DNA of 64,000 bases from contig OZ024743.1 of NCBI GenBank assembly GCA_964016885.1, positions 108,190,001 to 108,254,000 on the forward strand, in the 5' to 3' direction. This document shows, piece after piece, positions 59,309 to 64,000 of this stretch. Source of the DNA: Eledone cirrhosa. Taxonomy: Eukaryota. The notes under the pieces are model-generated. The model had not been told where the DNA came from, did no database searches, and saw nothing but the letters and a program-made list of their open reading frames with translations. Position numbers and translations under genes: made by a program. Numbering within the stretch: position 1 is the stretch's first letter; the number at the start of each line of letters is the position of its first letter.

Positions 59309-59427
59309 ATAATTGTTTCTACTTTAGGCACAAGGCCAGCAATTACCCAGTTCATTACTGGTACTTAATTTATCGACCCCGTAAGGATGAAAGGCAAAGT
59401 CAACCTCGGCGGGATTTCAACTCAGAT
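59309..59427 (-). mobile_element. SINE family 1, 5'-truncated
   Basis: TSD GATCTATAAT at 59304-59313 and 59425-59434. Confidence 0.9.
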
Positions 59428-59719
59428 CTATAATATCGATGCATATATACGCACTTGCAAAAGTCAGCAAGTATGTTAATGAAGATACACTTATTGTTTA
59501 TGATTGGAAATATAGTCGCCGCATTGGCGATAAGTACAATAATAGTTCATAATTATAAATAATAATCGAATAAATCGGATAAATTACATTTGAAGTTGGG
59601 GAAGATTTAGACAATGTTGCATGCAGAAAATCGAATAACATTTTCCCTCTTCGCAGTCATCATTGTCCAAATATTTTCAGTCTCCAGGGATGCTCTACCC
59701 GATTTGTTCAATCATTATT

Positions 59720-59910
59720 AGTGGATTGGCAGTATCGGTAAGGGTCGGACGGCATGCTTTGAAGCATAGATTTACCTACCTTTATGATCTCAGTTCAAAT
59801 CTCGCCGAGGTTAACTTTGCCTTTCATCCTTACGGGGTCGATACAATAAAGTGCCAGGGATAATTGCTGGGATCATTGCTGGCCTTGTAGCCAACATTAG
59901 AAACAATTAT
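59720..59910 (+). mobile_element. SINE family 1, full length
   Basis: GTGGATTGGCAGTATCGGTAAGGGTCGGACGGC...TAGAAACAATTAT. Confidence 0.85.
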
Positions 59911-59952
59911 CATAGCCGTCTGCATTCTGGTGACCATATTTATTTATATATA

Positions 59953-60057
<105 letters not shown>

Positions 60058-60115
60058 CGTTTCTGAATTTGTTTAGCAAGATTCTTTATCTGAAATCGTG
60101 TGTTGAAATCGATAT

Positions 60116-60761
60116 TGTTATACTTTGGGAGGGTCATGTTGCCAATAAGAAAAACACGCACCAGTTGCTTTCACTTCAATTTATTATTATAATAAATTTA
60201 TAATACATTTATAAATTTATAAATTTCTGGTTGGTTGGTTGGTTCCACAACCAGATAGTTGTTTATATATTGTCATAGTTCTTTCGTCACACACTCTGTG
60301 ACCTCTTCAGTGACTGGGATTCCTTTCTTTGTTTCTGTGCCTCTCCTTTGTTCTGTCCTACGCCATTTTGTTTCTGTGTGTGTGTTGTGTGCTCAGTCTG
60401 CGCATGCGCCACATCCGGGTGTCTGTGTGTGTTTATGTTCACACACACAGAAACAAAATGGCGTAGGACAGAACAAAGGAGAGGCACAGAAACAAAGAAA
60501 GGAATCCCCAGTCACTGAAGAGGTCACAGAGTGTGTGATGAAAGAACTATGACAATATATAAACAACTATCTGGTTGTGGAACCAACCAACCAGAAATTT
60601 ATAAATTTATAAATTTATTATAAATTTATTATAATAATTGTTTCTACTTTTGGCACAAGGCCATCAATTACCCAGTGCATTACTGGTACTTTATTTTATC
60701 GACCCCGTGAAAGCAACTGGTGCGTGTGTTTCTTATTGGCAACATGACCCTCCCAAAGTAT

Positions 60762-60765
<4 letters not shown>
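60116..60765. mobile_element. ~650-bp foldback palindrome with HHR motifs; SINE fragment in the right arm
   Basis: Arms 60116-60384 and 60440-60765 nearly identical in reverse complement; SINE family 1 tail (60633-60708, -) only on the right. Confidence 0.9.
60272..60314 (-). ncRNA. Minimal hammerhead motif (mirror copy on + strand at 60511-60553)
   Basis: GUCA CUGAAGA G-GUCACA GAGUG UGUGAC GAAA GAAC UA UGAC; one extra G before stem II. Confidence 0.65.
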
Positions 60766-60832
<67 letters not shown>

Positions 60833-60990
60833 GATTTCCTCCAATAATACAGATCTAGGTTTATAGAAACCATTTCGATATTATTGCATACACTCTACTA
60901 AGCTATTGAGTACGTTACCTACTGTTGTTACCCCCAATTGTACCCGGGACTCCCACACACAAGCGCGCACTCACTCGCACCCCCCACCCC

Positions 60991-61083
<93 letters not shown>

Positions 61084-61671
61084 TATGTATATACAATAGT
61101 ATCTTGAAATGTAGACAGGTCGAAGGAAGGAAAGTAACCATGCGATGCAATTTACAAGATAAGGTATGAGATAGAAAAACGTGATATAGCTAATCTGACA
61201 AGAAACAGTGGGAGAATGAGGGGGAGCATGAGAGAAAGGTGTAAGTTATTTGAGCGGGGTGTGGTATAGATTAATAACGTTCCACTTATAAAGTCCAAAC
61301 TCCCAGATGCACCAAAATGGGCATCAACAGATAACAAGAAACGCCCCATTGAATTCATGAGTTTGGCACTCCATTCATGTTCTTTAATTCCTTTGAGAAC
61401 ATATGGCACGATCACTTGGTGAGAAAATACTCACTCTCCTCCTCCCAAATAAACAAATAAAAAGATAAATAAGCAAATAATTAAGTACAGGCATACAGAG
61501 AAGAAGGCGAAATATAGTTTCAGGTTTCGTGACCAGATACTCTCCAGCAATTGGTTGGTAAGCTCTTTTATGTGTTCGGGTATGATGATTATGAATTATG
61601 GGGTTGAGTGAACTCTATGGCTTTAAGAAATGCATTAATTGTACCGTATATATATTATATTTATATATATA

Positions 61672-61746
<75 letters not shown>

Positions 61747-61956
61747 GTGTATGTGTGTGTGTATGTATGTGTATATATGTGTGTATGTGTGGGTGTGTGA
61801 GTGTGTATGTATGTATATAAACATACACACAGATATACACACGCACACACACACATATATATAAGTATCTGTGCTGTACATCATTTATACTGGTTATACT
61901 GTACGAAATTGTAAATACATCAAACAAAAGTAAAATTAGAATAAGTGTTCGAAAAT

Positions 61957-62268
61957 CTAACTCCCGTTCCTCAAACATTTTGAAGCAATATCAAGTACCG
62001 TATAGTATTCACTTCGGCACAAGTCGACATTGACTTCTGCACAAGAATTCACTATCTTCCCTTTGAGTTGTTGAACATTTCTCGGTGATTTAATATAGAG
62101 AGACATATTCAGTACACTACACATAGAAGCTTCGAAAGGTATGAGATCAAGATATCGAAAAGTATAATTGATAGGACCACGGCCTCCGAGCCATCTAGGT
62201 GAGAAGTGATCATTAAGCCTGTTGCGCACAGCAACGCTATAATGAGGTGGTACGCCGTCTTGCTCTAA
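61957..62268 (-). pseudogene. Tc1/mariner-superfamily (DDD-type) transposase C-terminal fragment
   Basis: LEQDGVPPHYSVAVRNRLNDHFSPRWLGGRGPINYTFRYLDLIPF...LYIKSPRNVQQLKGKI matches the consensus QQDGAPPH...VRxxLNxxFPxRWIGRRGPxxWPPRSPDLTPLD...VYxxxPxxxxELK; catalytic motif decayed. Confidence 0.85.
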
Positions 62269-62318
62269 TCATGGAAGTTTGGCCAATTCTTAAATGGTAG
62301 AAAATGCGTATTTATCAT

Positions 62319-62414
<96 letters not shown>

Positions 62415-62933
62415 TTATGTGCGTGTGTCTATAAACTATGACTGTTAATTACTCTCGCATAAAACCAATCAAAGACATACCAAACCTCCACTCTCTTCAA
62501 ATTATATTTAATCTATATACGTATACGTGCCATAACCCACCATATTCATGCCTCACTATACAGAAAGTATACTAGTTATGTCCATCAGAGCCCTTCCCAA
62601 ATTACTCCCAGCCAAACATCAAAATAACCTGCACCAATATAAGATATAGGAGCGATAGCTAACTTCAAGTTACAGACGTCATCGAATTGTGTGCTTTCTA
62701 TATAACTCAGCGAAGCATGGTATCCTCTTGGCGGTAGATAGGTAATCGTCCAATCCTTTATTGATTAGTCATGTTTATTATGTCATACGAATGCGTTCAT
62801 ACGATGTTAGATACGTACTCGTTTGTCAAGATGTATTCTAACACTCGATTCACAAATGTTTATAATAGAGACTATAGCGTCATCAGATACATTTTAAGCC
62901 GAGCACTAATGTGCGTGTAGTGGTCGCTGAATA

Positions 62934-63065
<132 letters not shown>

Positions 63066-64000
63066 ATATATATACATACACACACACACAGACATATATG
63101 TATATATATATAGATATATATGTATATATATATATATATATGTATGTATATATATACATACACACACACACAGACATATATGTATATATATAGATATATA
63201 GATATATATAACATATATATATATATAATATATACTGTATATATATATATATATACACACACGCATATGTGTGTGCGTGCGCATATGTAAATGTTCAGTG
63301 TATTCAGTCTTATTGATATGGACCAATATTATGAACCATTAATGATCATATTCAATTATCACAGTATATGCATACCTACATGCATGCTACATAAATATAT
63401 ACGAGCACAAAGACACGCACCCTACACACATACACATACATAACTAAATGCAAGCACATACTCACACACCCTACACAAATATACATACATAAATACATAC
63501 AAACATACACACACGCACTCTACACACATACATATGTGCGAGTATGTGTTTTGTTCAATCAACACAATAACGATTCAACTCCTTTCCTCCCAGAATATCT
63601 TGATACGGGTGCAGTTGTGATGACATGCTGGATTATAACGTAATTCTGGTTCCAGTAAGTCTGGGGAAATAATGGAATAGTCACGGAAGGAATGCTTTTG
63701 AATATAGGCCTGCTCTCGTGGGGGCAGAATTGGGACTCAACAACAGCGACGACGACACTAACTTCAACAATAACAACTATAACTATTATTTCAACAGCAG
63801 AAGCAGCATCATCAAAATAGCCCTTACTATTTGAATCCTCATTTAATCAGTATTTTTGTATATTTTATGACTGTACTTTAATTAGTTTGATCTCTTTTGT
63901 TGTTGTTGTTGTTTTTGTGTTTTGTTTTTCAATAATCGAGTGGGCGTGTATATTCCACTGCGTGGGAAGAGAGAAACAGTTTGGAAACCCGTTTGTTGGA

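Noticed and set aside
61320-61420. Possible Tc1-like transposase remnant (…FENIWHD…)
   Set aside because: Needs several frameshifts; cannot be supported by eye.
62840-62895. Minus-strand CUGAUGA with a short stem; similar partial motifs at ~50420-50450, ~54655-54695 and ~59095-59130
   Set aside because: At least one conserved core box is missing in each; at best decayed remnants.

Overview
AT-rich, microsatellite-saturated animal non-coding DNA. The SINE sequences and repeat landscape resemble an octopus/coleoid cephalopod genome (inference). No intact protein-coding gene is visible: almost all ORFs in the track are translated (TA)n/(CA)n/(GA)n repeats, and the only real protein signals are decayed LINE and Tc1/mariner fragments. 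The main result is a dense set of hammerhead-ribozyme (HHR) bearing elements. (i) A tandem array of five apparently identical 466-bp units (32605-34838), each with a minimal type I HHR with a palindromic stem III, i.e. a non-LTR retrozyme-like array; diverged inverted relatives lie at ~17.0 and ~31.6 kb. (ii) A second dispersed family with one complete GUC-cleaving HHR at 26.5 kb and several half copies. (iii) Three long foldback elements whose arms each carry an HHR-like motif. (iv) A solitary HHR at 37.7 kb. Most of these elements end in (TA)n tracts and several have 5' inversions, as seen in Penelope-like elements. Also present: about 13 copies of a tRNA-type SINE with ATTAT-anchored target-site duplications, a second SINE family, two hAT-type MITEs with 8-bp TSDs, a 91-bp minisatellite, and a strong candidate recursive splice site (AG|GTAAGT) at 38116/38117. 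All structures were folded and aligned by eye and need computational and experimental confirmation.
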